Source of the DNA: Candidatus Sumerlaeia bacterium
Lineage (GTDB): Bacteria; Sumerlaeota; Sumerlaeia; SLMS01; JANRJK01
Assembly: GCA_033764015.1 (NCBI GenBank)
Contig: JANRJK010000023.1
Location: 32,001 to 96,000 of the forward strand
Direction of reading: 5' to 3'
Length of the DNA: 64,000 nucleotides
Under the pieces are notes generated by a model. That model was not told where the DNA came from. It searched no databases and was given only the letters and a program-made list of their open reading frames with translations. The position numbers were made by a program, and so were the translations under genes. Positions 29,970 to 39,875 of this stretch are shown here, in pieces. Position 1 is the first letter of the stretch; the number at the start of each line of letters is the position of its first letter.

Positions 29970-32900
29970 CTATTCGCCGGGGGCGGGTTCGGCGGGTGGG
30001 GGGGCGAGGCCGAGTTCGTCGCAGAGCGCGAGGAACGCGGCGCGTTCGCTCTCCGTGGCGGTCGCGGGGTAGCCGGTGTCGGCGAGCGATTGGGCGAGGG
30101 CGCGGGCTTCCTCGGGGCGGCCGAGGAGGAGTAGGCATTTCGCGTAGAGGGCGCGGCTCACGTCCTCGGCGCGCTCGTCCCGGAGCTGGTCCAGGAAGAG
30201 GGCGGTCGCCTCCTGCGCCGTGGCCGGGGCGGTGGCGTTCGCGGCGGGGTCGGGGGCGGCGGCTTGCGCGGCGGCGAGCAGGGCGAGGTTGCGGAAGGAG
30301 GATTCGCGGGCGGACCGGCTGGCGGGGTGGTCGGCGCCGAGGGCGGCTTCGTTGATGGCGATGGCGCGTTGGAAGATGGGGCGCGCGGCTTCGTGGTCGC
30401 CGGCGTCGCGGAACATGCGGCCGAGGTCGAGGAGGCGCTTGGCGGTCTCGGGGTGCTCGGCGCCGTTGACCTTCTCGGAGATGGCGAGGGCGCGTTCGAG
30501 GAGGGGCTTGGCGGTGGCGTAGTCGCCGGTCCGGCGGTGGACGCCGGCGAGGTTCGCGAGCGCCGACGAGGTGGCGGGGTGCTCGGGCCCGAGGGTCTCC
30601 TCGAAGATGGCGACGGAGCGTTCGTAGAGCGGCAGCGCGGCGGCGAAGTCGCCGAGGTCCACCAGCGTCGTGGCGAGGTTGTGGAGGCTGCGCGCGGTGT
30701 TCGGGTGGTCGGGGCCGAGCGTCTTCTCGTTGATCGCGAGCACGCGTTCCAGGAGCGGGCGGGCGGCGGCGGAATCGCGCATCCGGGACACGAGCGCGGC
30801 GAGGTTATTGAGGGCCGTGGCGGTCGAGGGGTGCTCCGGGCCGTAGACCGCCTCGTCGATGGCGACGGCGCGCTCCAGCAGCGGGCGGGCGCCCTCGAAA
30901 TCGCCCAGGTTGCGGAGGACGCTGCCGAGGTTGGCGAGGTTGGTCGAGACCGCCGGGTGGTTGGGGCCGAGGGCCTTTTCGTTGATCGCGAGCGCGCGTT
31001 CGTGGAGCTGGCGGGCGGCGGCGTAGTCGCCCATCAGCACCGTCAGGTTGCCGAGGTTGTTCAGGCTGGTGGCGAGTTCCGGGTGGCTGGGGCCGAGCTC
31101 CTTCTCCTGGATCGCGATGGTGCGTTCGAGGAGCGCGCGGGCTTCCGGGTACTCGCCCATGGTTTCGTGCAGGCCGGCCAGGTTGTTGAGGCTTTGGGCG
31201 GTCTGCGGATCGTCGGGCCCGAGGGCGGCCTCGCGGATCGCGAGCGCTCCGCGCTGCAGTTCGAGCGCCTCCGCGAAGCCGCCGCGCTTGGCGACGAGGG
31301 AGGCGAGGTGGCTCATGGTGGTGGCGGTCAGGGGCGAGTCGGCGCCGAGGGCGTCGCGCTTGATGGCGAGCGCGCGGCGGAGCATCGCCTCGGCGTCGTC
31401 GAAGGCGCCGTCGACCTGGAGCAGGATCGCGAGGCGCTCGAGGCTTTCCGCGGTGGCGGGGTCGTCCGGTCCGAGCGCCTTTTCGCGGATCTCGAGCGCC
31501 CGGCGGGAGAGGGGCAGCGCGGCGGAAAAGTCGCCCGCGAAATCCAGGAGCGAGGCTAGGTCGCTGAGGCTGCGCGCCGTCTCGGGGTGTTCCGGCCCCA
31601 GGGTGGCTTCGATGATGCCCAGCGTGGGCGAGGTGAGGCGGACCCCTTCGGCGACCCTGCCGAGCTGGGCGAACCGGCTGCCGGTGTCGAGCATCTGCGA
31701 CGCCCGTTCGAGCCGCAACTGCTCGGGCCAGCGTTCGATCTCCGAGGGCGGGACCGACTCGAAGTAGGCGAGCACCGGCTCGACCACGCGGCCCGCGATC
31801 GCGTGGGCGATCTCGTTGGCGACGGGGACGGTGATTCCCCGTTCGACGCTAAGCTCGGCGTCCATGGCTGTCTTGAGGTCGCGCAGGACGAAGTCGACCA
31901 TTCCGTAGGCGCCCTCGCCCTGCTGTTGTGCGATGGCGAGGTTGCTTTCCGCCTCCGCGCGGGCGGCGACGGCGGCGTCGCGCTGCTCCTTGGCGTCCCG
32001 CTCCGCGATGACCGCGCGGTCGCGCTGGGCCTCCGCGAGCTGCCGCTCGGTGTCGAGGCGCACGATGAACCAGCCGCCGCCGCCGAGGATGAGCGCCATC
32101 AGCACCACCGTCGCCAGCCGCAGGGCGGCGCGCTCGCGTTCGCGCCGGCGGAGCGAGTGCGTGGCCGTCCCGAGTTCGCGGCCGAGCGTGGCGCGCAGCG
32201 TGCCCGGGCCGAGCTGCTCGATGGTGACGCTGGCCAGCAGCAGGTCGCCGCCGGCGAGCGCGCGGCGCGCCTGCGCTTCGAGGAGCCGTTCGCGGAGCGC
32301 CGCGGCGCCGGGGTTCTCGGGCCAAAGGAGCCGCGCCCGCGCGACCTCGTTCAGCAGCTCCGTCAAGGCGACGTAGTCCCGCGGCGGGGGATCGGCGCGT
32401 CTGGCGACCGCGTCGATGATGCGCGCGGCCTCGCGGCGCCTCGAGGATCCGGTCTGGTACTCCTGGATCGAGGCGAGGAACGCCTCGGCGTCGGGAACGC
32501 GTCGCGCGGGCTCCGGCTCCAGCGCGCGCATCGCCAGCGACTCCAGCTCCGCGGGGATCGCGCGGCCGGGCGTGCGCTCCGACGGCGGCGTCACGTCGCC
32601 GGCCTGGGCCCTCTTAAACGCCAGGTACGCGGTGGGCGCCTCGTGGGGCGCCTTGCCGCCGGTCAGGATCCAATAAAGGATTCCGCCGAGCAGGTACACA
32701 TCGGTCCAGGTGCCGATCAGGTGCGCGTGCTCGAGGGTTTGCTCCGGCGCCATGAAGGCCGGCGTCCCGGCGGGCGAGGACGCCTCCGTCAGCCGCGGCG
32801 CGAGCCCCGAGGCGGGGGGCGAGGAGGCCAGCTCCTCCCCTTCGGCCCCGAGCGACATCGCCAGGCCCCAGTCCATCAGGAGCACCTCGCCGAAGCGCCC

Positions 32901-33536
32901 AAGCATCACCTGTCCCGGCTTCAGGTCGCGGTGGATGACGCGGCGGTCGTGGGCGAAAGCCACCGCCTGGGCCACCTGGGCGAGGATCGGCAGGTGCTTG
33001 GCGAGCAGCTCCGCGGGCGGCAGCGCGGCGAAGTCCTCCGCGAGCACCCGGTCCCACGGCGCGCCCTGGACCAGCTTCATGACCAGCATGGGGCGCCCGC
33101 GTTCGTCGGTGCCGAGGTCGTACACCGGGACGATGTTCGGGTGCTCGAGAGCGGCGGTCGTGTACGCTTCCTTGCGGAAGATATCCTCGACCACCTCGGC
33201 GGACCGCTTGCCGTCCGGGTTGTCGTGGAGCCGCTTCAGCGCGACGCGGCGCTGTAGCGAGACCTGGAGCGCCTCCCAGACTTCGCCGCCGCCTCCGGCG
33301 CCGATCACATGCCGGGGGTGGTAGGGGGCGCCCGGCTCCGGCTGCGGCGCCTCGCGCTGCCCGGCGCGCGGAGCGGGCGCGGCGCCCGCCCGCGTCACCG
33401 CCGCAGGATCGAGAACGGTTTCGAAAACCTCCGCCATCGGACGGCGCGGCCCGCTGCGCGCGTCGAAGCTGATCCCCGGATCGCCGGGCAGCGCCTCGGG
33501 TTGGAACGCCACGGTGGGATCGACGGGTTGACTCAA
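29970..33536 (-). CDS. Ser/Thr protein kinase with transmembrane segment and TPR repeats
   Basis: IGAGGGGEV, VALK, HRDLKPGQ, DWG, GTPAFMAPE, DVYLLG; many 42-aa LGPDHP.TA.SLNNLA repeats; start uncertain (TTG 33536 or ATG 33437). Confidence 0.92.
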   Translation of the reverse strand: MSQPVDPTVAFQPEALPGDPGISFDARSGPRRPMAEVFETVLDPAAVTRAGAAPAPRAGQREAPQPEPGAPYHPRHVIGAGGGGEVWEALQVSLQRRVALKRLHDNPDGKRSAEVVEDIFRKEAYTTAALEHPNIVPVYDLGTDERGRPMLVMKLVQGAPWDRVLAEDFAALPPAELLAKHLPILAQVAQAVAFAHDRRVIHRDLKPGQVMLGRFGEVLLMDWGLAMSLGAEGEELASSPPASGLAPRLTEASSPAGTPAFMAPEQTLEHAHLIGTWTDVYLLGGILYWILTGGKAPHEAPTAYLAFKRAQAGDVTPPSERTPGRAIPAELESLAMRALEPEPARRVPDAEAFLASIQEYQTGSSRRREAARIIDAVARRADPPPRDYVALTELLNEVARARLLWPENPGAAALRERLLEAQARRALAGGDLLLASVTIEQLGPGTLRATLGRELGTATHSLRRRERERAALRLATVVLMALILGGGGWFIVRLDTERQLAEAQRDRAVIAERDAKEQRDAAVAARAEAESNLAIAQQQGEGAYGMVDFVLRDLKTAMDAELSVERGITVPVANEIAHAIAGRVVEPVLAYFESVPPSEIERWPEQLRLERASQMLDTGSRFAQLGRVAEGVRLTSPTLGIIEATLGPEHPETARSLSDLASLLDFAGDFSAALPLSRRALEIREKALGPDDPATAESLERLAILLQVDGAFDDAEAMLRRALAIKRDALGADSPLTATTMSHLASLVAKRGGFAEALELQRGALAIREAALGPDDPQTAQSLNNLAGLHETMGEYPEARALLERTIAIQEKELGPSHPELATSLNNLGNLTVLMGDYAAARQLHERALAINEKALGPNHPAVSTNLANLGSVLRNLGDFEGARPLLERAVAIDEAVYGPEHPSTATALNNLAALVSRMRDSAAARPLLERVLAINEKTLGPDHPNTARSLHNLATTLVDLGDFAAALPLYERSVAIFEETLGPEHPATSSALANLAGVHRRTGDYATAKPLLERALAISEKVNGAEHPETAKRLLDLGRMFRDAGDHEAARPIFQRAIAINEAALGADHPASRSARESSFRNLALLAAAQAAAPDPAANATAPATAQEATALFLDQLRDERAEDVSRALYAKCLLLLGRPEEARALAQSLADTGYPATATESERAAFLALCDELGLAPPPAEPAPGE

Positions 33537-33818
33537 GGGTCGACCTGGACGGGATCGGGTGGACGGCGGCGAGTGGCGAAGTCGGCCGGGTGGTCCGCCC
33601 TCCTTCGCTCTCCGCCACTTGCAAAATGCCCGGGCCGCCGCGCGGGCACAAGGACGGTCCGCGCGGCTGGCACGCAGTGACGGGTGGCGGGGGCCGCGCG
33701 GGCGGGCGAGTGCGGCGGGGTGCCGCAGCGTCACCCGCCTCTTGAACCGGTACCGCAGATGCACAACGTCGAGACCGTCCAGGCGATCGGCGATGGTCCC
33801 AAGCAGCCCAATAGTCTG

Positions 33819-36686
33819 CTACACCGTGATGCAATCCTCCGTGATGAACGGCTTGGGGTCCTGCACGCAGGGCGGGAGGCCGGGGCCGGTGACTTCTAGG
33901 AGCTGCGCCTCGCGGTCGGCCACCTCGTGATTCAGCTTCAGGAGGAACGCGAGGATGTCCTCCGACTTCTTCATGCCGTAGGCCGCGCGGACGGCGGCGT
34001 CGAGCGCCTCCTGCGCGTCGCGAAGGGGATTCGCCCCCGGCGTTTCCAGCGTGCGGTACAGGTCGCGCAGACTCCAGCCGTGCTCCGCCATCACGTCGCG
34101 CCGCAGTTGGCGCAACTCCACCGCCGCCTTCGCCACCGCCTGCGCCTGCTTCAAAGTGGGGGATTGGGGCCAGGGGAAGGTGTTCCAGATGATCTCCCCG
34201 AATCTGTAGTCGCCTTTCAGTTTGGAGGACTTGCCTTTGAACCATAGCCAATGCACCCCCGATTGCAGAATACCGAAGCTATAGTCATCGTCCAGCGTGA
34301 ACACCTGAAGCAGATTACTCGGTCGGATTTTCGAATCAACCAGATGAAAGACCTGCCGCTTCGTGACCAGCGAGCAGCAAATGAACCGCGAGAGAGACTC
34401 GACTTGTCCGATTAGTTCTGGCCGACAAAACGAGAGTTGCCACCAACGGTTGAGAAACGCCTTATGGTGTGGGCGGAGATTGCCTTCGGCATCCTTCCCT
34501 TCTTCTGCCTTTCGCTTGCGATCCGGCAGTACTCTGGTTTTCACCCACTCAAACGCCCCGGCATAGCGCGCAGCCTCAAACTGATCGCGTTGTTGAAAGT
34601 CGATCAGGTAACGCTCCGGTCTTCCATGCTCAAGTAGCTCACGCCCGTTGAGATACGGATAGATGACCTCTCGTGAGGCCGAGTCTTTCGAGACGATGGC
34701 GCTCATTTCCTCACGGCTGAGGACGAACGATTCATGGCCAATCATTTGGCCATTGAAAGAGCGGGCAGGCTCCAGATTGCAGAGGAGTTCCTTCGCAACC
34801 GAGATGAATACCTTGTCCGTCAAATCGGGATTGATATGGTCCACCTCGTTCACAACCAGATCCGCACCCCTCCCGGGATCGCTCGATATCCAGAGGCGCC
34901 TTGTCGCCGGCACCAAATTGGGGTCTTGGGTTTTCATCCAATTCACAATCGAGACATAGACCTTCGCCTCGCCGGACCACTTCTGGCTGTCGATGGCTTC
35001 AATGATCGTTCCGCTTTGGCAAATATGCTCCAATCCCCCCTTTCGCGACTCGTTGTTGCGAACATTCTGGGTTCCTACCAGACCTGCCCTACCGGAGGTT
35101 GGAGCTTTGACCGTGCATGAACCCAGCGCCTCGTTTGCTTTGCGAAACCAGTAAACGCAGTAGTCGGCCATTCCTGGGATGTGGGTATACTGGCGACGCA
35201 GCCTCTCGACGTAGTCTCTGCCTCGTTCCGGCTTCATGCGTTTCGCCCCGAGAAACGGCGGATTCCCAATAATCGCATCCACCTTGGGCCACGTGGTGAA
35301 CAGCGCATCGGCCTGCACGATGTTGTCATCAAGGTTGTCTAGCGGCAGGGCGGGTTCCTGCTCCAGCGGGAGGTCGAGCTGGCCGCTGGCGAGGGCGCTG
35401 CGGGTTTCCTCGATGCCCTGCTCGCGCCCGAGCATCAGCGTCACCTTCGCGAGTTCCACCGCGAAGCCGTTGATGTCGATGCCATGGAACTGCTTGAGGC
35501 TGAGGAGGGGCCGCGTGCCCGCCTGAGCGCGCGCCTTCTTGCCGAACTCCGTGTGGATGCGTTGGAGGATGCGCATTTCGAGGCGGCGCATTTCGCGGTA
35601 AGCCACGTAGAGGAAGTTGCCGCACCCGCAGGCCGGGTCGAGCACCTGAAACCGAAGCAGTTCGTCGCGGAGCGCCTGCAATTCCTTCAGCGTCTTCGCC
35701 GCCTCGATTCGCTCCAGCCACGGGCGCTCGATGGTCGGGCGCACCACCTTCATGATGTCCGCTTCGTTGGTGAAGTGGGCGCCAAAGGCGTGGCGCTCTT
35801 CCTTCCCCAAGCTCCCCTCGAAGAGCGCGCCGAAGATCGGCGGCTGCACCTTGGACCAATTCTCCCGCGCCGACTCCTCCAGCAGGGCGACTTCCTCCCG
35901 AACGAGTTCGATGGGGTCGATCACGCCGAAGAGCCCGCCGTTGAAGTAATCGACCTCCTTGAACCGCCCGCGCTTCTCGCCGGGGCGGGTGTCCATCTGT
36001 TTGAAAAGCTGGCCGAACAGATCGTAGGTGTTCGACCCCTTGGCGGCCTCGCCGATCAGGCTCGTGAACAGCCCCCGCGGCAGCAGTTCGAAGTCCTCGG
36101 CAAAGAGGCAGAAGACGCATTGCAGGATGAACCGCTGGGCGCGGGTCCGGTCGATGCCGCGGGTGATGAGCGAGTTGAAGAGCAGGGCAATCTGGTTCGC
36201 GGCCTTGCGGGACACGGCCACGCGGTCGTTGCCGAACTGTGGACGGGTCTCTTGCGCCAGCAGGAAAGCGAGGGAAAGATACCGCTCCGGCAGGTCCGCC
36301 ACCGCGACTTGATCGACGGGATCGCTCTGGCTGAAGAAGTCGTAAACCCAGAACTCGTCAAAGTTGCAGAGGACGACGTAGCGCGGCTTGGGGTAGGTAT
36401 CGTGCCAGTAGTCGCGGGCTTGCGCATAGTGGAGGTGGAGGCTCTCGCCCCGCTTCTTCATCTCGATCAGGACGCGCGGCGACCAGAGCAGGTCGGCAAA
36501 CCGGGTGCCCTTCCCCTTGGCGCGGACGCGGGACTCCAGCGTGGCGCCGGCCTCCTTGTAACCCTCATGGCCGAACGCCTGGAAGAGGCGGTCGAGGAAG
36601 ACCTGTGCCTCCCCCTTCTCGTCTCCGCTGAGCGTGGCCACATACTGGACGAACTTGCTCAGGGCTTCGCGGCGGTTGTCAGCCAT
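33819..36686 (-). CDS. MmeI-like type IIL restriction-modification enzyme (nuclease + N6-adenine MTase + TRD)
   Basis: FADLLW...LIEMK (PD-(D/E)xK), GAHFT, VLDPACGCGNFL (motif I), GNPPF (motif IV), C-terminal TFPWP...LD.AV..AYG. Confidence 0.9.
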   Translation of the reverse strand: MADNRREALSKFVQYVATLSGDEKGEAQVFLDRLFQAFGHEGYKEAGATLESRVRAKGKGTRFADLLWSPRVLIEMKKRGESLHLHYAQARDYWHDTYPKPRYVVLCNFDEFWVYDFFSQSDPVDQVAVADLPERYLSLAFLLAQETRPQFGNDRVAVSRKAANQIALLFNSLITRGIDRTRAQRFILQCVFCLFAEDFELLPRGLFTSLIGEAAKGSNTYDLFGQLFKQMDTRPGEKRGRFKEVDYFNGGLFGVIDPIELVREEVALLEESARENWSKVQPPIFGALFEGSLGKEERHAFGAHFTNEADIMKVVRPTIERPWLERIEAAKTLKELQALRDELLRFQVLDPACGCGNFLYVAYREMRRLEMRILQRIHTEFGKKARAQAGTRPLLSLKQFHGIDINGFAVELAKVTLMLGREQGIEETRSALASGQLDLPLEQEPALPLDNLDDNIVQADALFTTWPKVDAIIGNPPFLGAKRMKPERGRDYVERLRRQYTHIPGMADYCVYWFRKANEALGSCTVKAPTSGRAGLVGTQNVRNNESRKGGLEHICQSGTIIEAIDSQKWSGEAKVYVSIVNWMKTQDPNLVPATRRLWISSDPGRGADLVVNEVDHINPDLTDKVFISVAKELLCNLEPARSFNGQMIGHESFVLSREEMSAIVSKDSASREVIYPYLNGRELLEHGRPERYLIDFQQRDQFEAARYAGAFEWVKTRVLPDRKRKAEEGKDAEGNLRPHHKAFLNRWWQLSFCRPELIGQVESLSRFICCSLVTKRQVFHLVDSKIRPSNLLQVFTLDDDYSFGILQSGVHWLWFKGKSSKLKGDYRFGEIIWNTFPWPQSPTLKQAQAVAKAAVELRQLRRDVMAEHGWSLRDLYRTLETPGANPLRDAQEALDAAVRAAYGMKKSEDILAFLLKLNHEVADREAQLLEVTGPGLPPCVQDPKPFITEDCITV

Positions 36687-36849
36687 GGGTCTCGGTCTCG
36701 GGTCCGGTTCGCTGTGTGGATCGGAAGCACGGCACACGTATCGGTCCACGAGGGCAATCCCACACCTACGCCGCCCCGATCGCCCTTGCCACCGACGCCA
36801 AGGCCCAGGTCTTGCTGGCGTGCGCTAACTCCCCAAACAGGCCCCTTCC

Positions 36850-38664
36850 ATGAAGAACGTCGTCCCATTCATTTGCCGCGCCGTGTGCGTGGCTGCACTC
36901 GCCGCAGTGGCCTCCACAGCTCCCGCTGCGGACCTGTCCGGCCCGCTGTTGTTCGACCAGGGCAACCCAGCCATTTCAACCGGATCAGAGGTCGCGTGGC
37001 GCTTGGACGGCTTCTCGATGTCCGATGATTTCGCCTTTGGCCAGGAATCGACGATTTCGGCGCTGCGCTTCTGGGCTGTTGAAGGCGCCGGCGCATGGGA
37101 CGGCACCGGAGAGATCACCGTCTGGGCGAATGACGGAACGCTGCCGACAGCCGAAGTCGCCACGCGCCAGATCGCGAATGTGGACCGCATTGGCATTGGT
37201 CCATGGCCCCTTGACGATAACTTCGACTTCTACACATGGGAGGTCGACCTCGCATCCCCGCTGACTCTCCCCGCGGGCATCTACAGTCTGGAGATCGACC
37301 TAGGCATCGGATGCGACCTCCCGGCGCTCTTCTGGGTGACCTCAAATGGACCGGTCTACGGCAACGGGCGCACTTTGGCTGCCAGTTGCGGGGTGCCGAC
37401 CAACCTCAGAAGTGAGCAGCTCGCCTTCCAGCTCTTTGGCGAGCCCACCGGCGGCGGGGCCGACGACGGCGGCTCGGTCTTCATCGATTCGCAGTTCTCG
37501 CAGGATGCGATCTTGTACGAGGGCGCGACGCCGGGCGTCGGTTCCACGGTCCTGATCGCCGGGCGCCGCACGCAAGTCGGTGACAATGTCAACAATCGCG
37601 CCGAGCGCGGCCTGCTCGGCTTCGCCACCGCGATCCCCGGCGCGGCGGCCCGTACGGCGCAGCTCCGCCTGACCGTCGACGGCAAGACCGGCAATGTCTC
37701 CGGCCTCGGCGATCTCGAGATCTACTACGCCGATCCGTTCTACGGCACGACGGCGGGTTGGCAGGCCTCCGACTTCCAGGCCGCGCCGACCAGCGGCACG
37801 CCCGTCGCAACCATCCCGAACTCCGCGCTTGTCGATGCGGCCGTTGGCGACGCCCTCTGGGTCTCAATCGACCCGACGCTGGTGCCGCTCAGCGGCAACG
37901 TGCAGTTCCGGCTGCAGTTCGCGAACGGCACCGACGGCAACGCCACCGCGGACAACATCAAGTTCGGCGCCGGCGGCCAGTCCTCGTCGAACCGGCACGA
38001 GCGCTCCGACCTCGTCGTCGAGTTCGACCTCGCGACGACGAACGGCTGCGGCACGAACCCGTCGACCGGCGGCGCGCCGCTGGTGCTCGATCCGCTCTAC
38101 TCGCTGCCCGGCCCGGACGGCTCGGTGATCGAGTACACGGCGAACGCCGGCGTGGGCCTCCTCACCGACAACGCCAACGCGGTCGCGGAGTTCGGCGACT
38201 TGCCCAGCAACCAGCAAGTCAAGGCGCTGCTCGCCTTCGACACCTCGGTGCTGACGAGCTACGGCACGCCGCAAGTGACCAGCGCGTCGCTCTGCCTCAC
38301 GCGCGAGTCGTTCGCGGGCGACCCGAGCACGCTCGGCCGCGTGTACGTTGAGATGGTCTGCCCGAACCAAGCGGCGTTCTTCGGTCCCAGCGCGGGCCTC
38401 GATCGCGAGGACTTCGAAGCCTACGCGTGGATCACCGACGCGACGGCGGAGGAGCCCGTGCTGCCGAGGGCGAACGGCGACACGGTCTGCTGGCCGCTTT
38501 CGCCCGAGGCGCTCGCCGCGCTTAATCGCCTCAGGCCCACGCAGTTCCGCCTCAGCTTCGAGAACGCGGATTCCGACAACGCCACGAAGGACACGTTCCG
38601 GTTCTACACCGGCAACGTCTCCGGTGCGAACCGCGCGCGCCTCGACATCGAAATCGCGCAGTAA
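36850..38664 (+). CDS. Secreted multi-domain beta-sandwich protein (two DNRLRE/CBM96-like domains)
   Basis: Signal peptide; two related domains with R/K.LL.F.T...A.L.LT...QFRL.F...D. Confidence 0.65.
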   Translation: MKNVVPFICRAVCVAALAAVASTAPAADLSGPLLFDQGNPAISTGSEVAWRLDGFSMSDDFAFGQESTISALRFWAVEGAGAWDGTGEITVWANDGTLPTAEVATRQIANVDRIGIGPWPLDDNFDFYTWEVDLASPLTLPAGIYSLEIDLGIGCDLPALFWVTSNGPVYGNGRTLAASCGVPTNLRSEQLAFQLFGEPTGGGADDGGSVFIDSQFSQDAILYEGATPGVGSTVLIAGRRTQVGDNVNNRAERGLLGFATAIPGAAARTAQLRLTVDGKTGNVSGLGDLEIYYADPFYGTTAGWQASDFQAAPTSGTPVATIPNSALVDAAVGDALWVSIDPTLVPLSGNVQFRLQFANGTDGNATADNIKFGAGGQSSSNRHERSDLVVEFDLATTNGCGTNPSTGGAPLVLDPLYSLPGPDGSVIEYTANAGVGLLTDNANAVAEFGDLPSNQQVKALLAFDTSVLTSYGTPQVTSASLCLTRESFAGDPSTLGRVYVEMVCPNQAAFFGPSAGLDREDFEAYAWITDATAEEPVLPRANGDTVCWPLSPEALAALNRLRPTQFRLSFENADSDNATKDTFRFYTGNVSGANRARLDIEIAQ

Positions 38665-38689
38665 GCGCAGAACCCTTCGCGCCAAACAG

Positions 38690-38730
38690 AACCGCGCCGG
38701 GAGCTCTTGGGCTCCCGGCGCGGTTTCGTT
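38690..38730. terminator. Hairpin terminator between convergent genes
   Basis: AACCGCGCCGGGAGC-tcttgg-GCTCCCGGCGCGGTT followed by TCGTT. Confidence 0.8.
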
Positions 38731-38755
38731 TCCGATGGGCGCGTCGGCCGTCCGC

Positions 38756-39865
38756 CTACGCCGCCCCGATCTCCCGCAGCACCGCCGCCGCGGTGTCGTC
38801 GGGGACGGCGTGGCCGAAGCCGCAGCGCCCCATCGCTTCCGGGAGCGAGTAGCGGATCGAGCCGGCGCGGGCCTTCTTGTCGGCGCGGGCGGCTTGGATG
38901 ATGTCGTCCGCGCGCCAGCCCGCCGCGCCGAGCGTCGCGGGGAGGCCGAGCGCCGTGAGCAGCAGCTCGAGGCGGTCCTGGTCCGAGGGCGTCCATCCGA
39001 GGCCGAGCTTGAGCGCCATGCGGCCTTCCGCGGCCATGCCGATGGCGACCGCTTCGCCGTGCCGGAAGCGCCCGTACTGGCCGAGCGCCTCGACCGCGTG
39101 GCCGATGGTGTGTCCGAAGTTGAGGATTTCGCGGCGGCCCGCCTCGCGCTCGTCGCCGGCGACCACCTCCGCCTTCAGCTCGCAGCTCCGCCGGATCGCG
39201 CGGGCCAGCGCGCCGTCCTCGCCGGAGAGCAGCGCGGGGCCGCTCGACTCGAGCCAGCGGAAGAACTCCGCGTCGGCGATGACGCCGTACTTCACCACCT
39301 CGGCGAGACCCGAGCGCACCTCGCGGGCGGGGAGCGTGCGCAGCGCTCGCGGGTCGATCAGCACCGCGCGCGGCTGCCAGAACGCGCCGACGAGGTTCTT
39401 GCCCGACTCGTGGTTGATGCCGGTCTTGCCGCCGACGCTCGAGTCGACCATGGCGAGGAGCGTGGTGGGGATCTGCAGGTAGTCGATGCCGCGGTGCCAG
39501 GTGGCGGCGGCGAAGCCCGCGAGGTCGCCCACCACGCCGCCACCGAGGGCGAGCAGCACGCCGTCGCGGCCGATGCGCTCCGCCGCGAGCGCGTCCCACA
39601 CGCGCTTCAGATGGTGCGGCGACTTGGTGGGTTCGCCCTGCGGCACGGCGCAGACCGCCAGGTGCGCGACGTCCTCCGCAACTTCGCGGTAGAGGATCCG
39701 CCCCCAAGGGGCGGCGACCGCCTCGTCCTGCACGATGAGCGCGCGCCGTCCGCGGAGGTGCGGGCGGAGCACGGCGCCGGCGGCCTCGAGCAGCCCCTCG
39801 CCGATGTGGATCGGGTAGGAGCGCTCGCCGAGCGCGACCTCGACCGGCGCGGCGGGGGATTCCAC
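38756..39865 (-). CDS. aroB: 3-dehydroquinate synthase
   Basis: GGGVVGDLAGFAAAT, PTTLLAMVDSSVGGKTG, KNLVGAFWQP, LNFGHTIGHAVE, HGEAVAIG. Confidence 0.97.
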   Translation of the reverse strand: MESPAAPVEVALGERSYPIHIGEGLLEAAGAVLRPHLRGRRALIVQDEAVAAPWGRILYREVAEDVAHLAVCAVPQGEPTKSPHHLKRVWDALAAERIGRDGVLLALGGGVVGDLAGFAAATWHRGIDYLQIPTTLLAMVDSSVGGKTGINHESGKNLVGAFWQPRAVLIDPRALRTLPAREVRSGLAEVVKYGVIADAEFFRWLESSGPALLSGEDGALARAIRRSCELKAEVVAGDEREAGRREILNFGHTIGHAVEALGQYGRFRHGEAVAIGMAAEGRMALKLGLGWTPSDQDRLELLLTALGLPATLGAAGWRADDIIQAARADKKARAGSIRYSLPEAMGRCGFGHAVPDDTAAAVLREIGAA

Positions 39866-39875
39866 GGGGCGCGCC

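Noticed and set aside
33537..33821. The MmeI-like stop (TAG) is in frame with an open frame leading into the kinase, suggesting readthrough fusion
   Set aside because: The intervening translation is low-complexity, both proteins look complete on their own, and ~280 bp without stops is unremarkable at this GC
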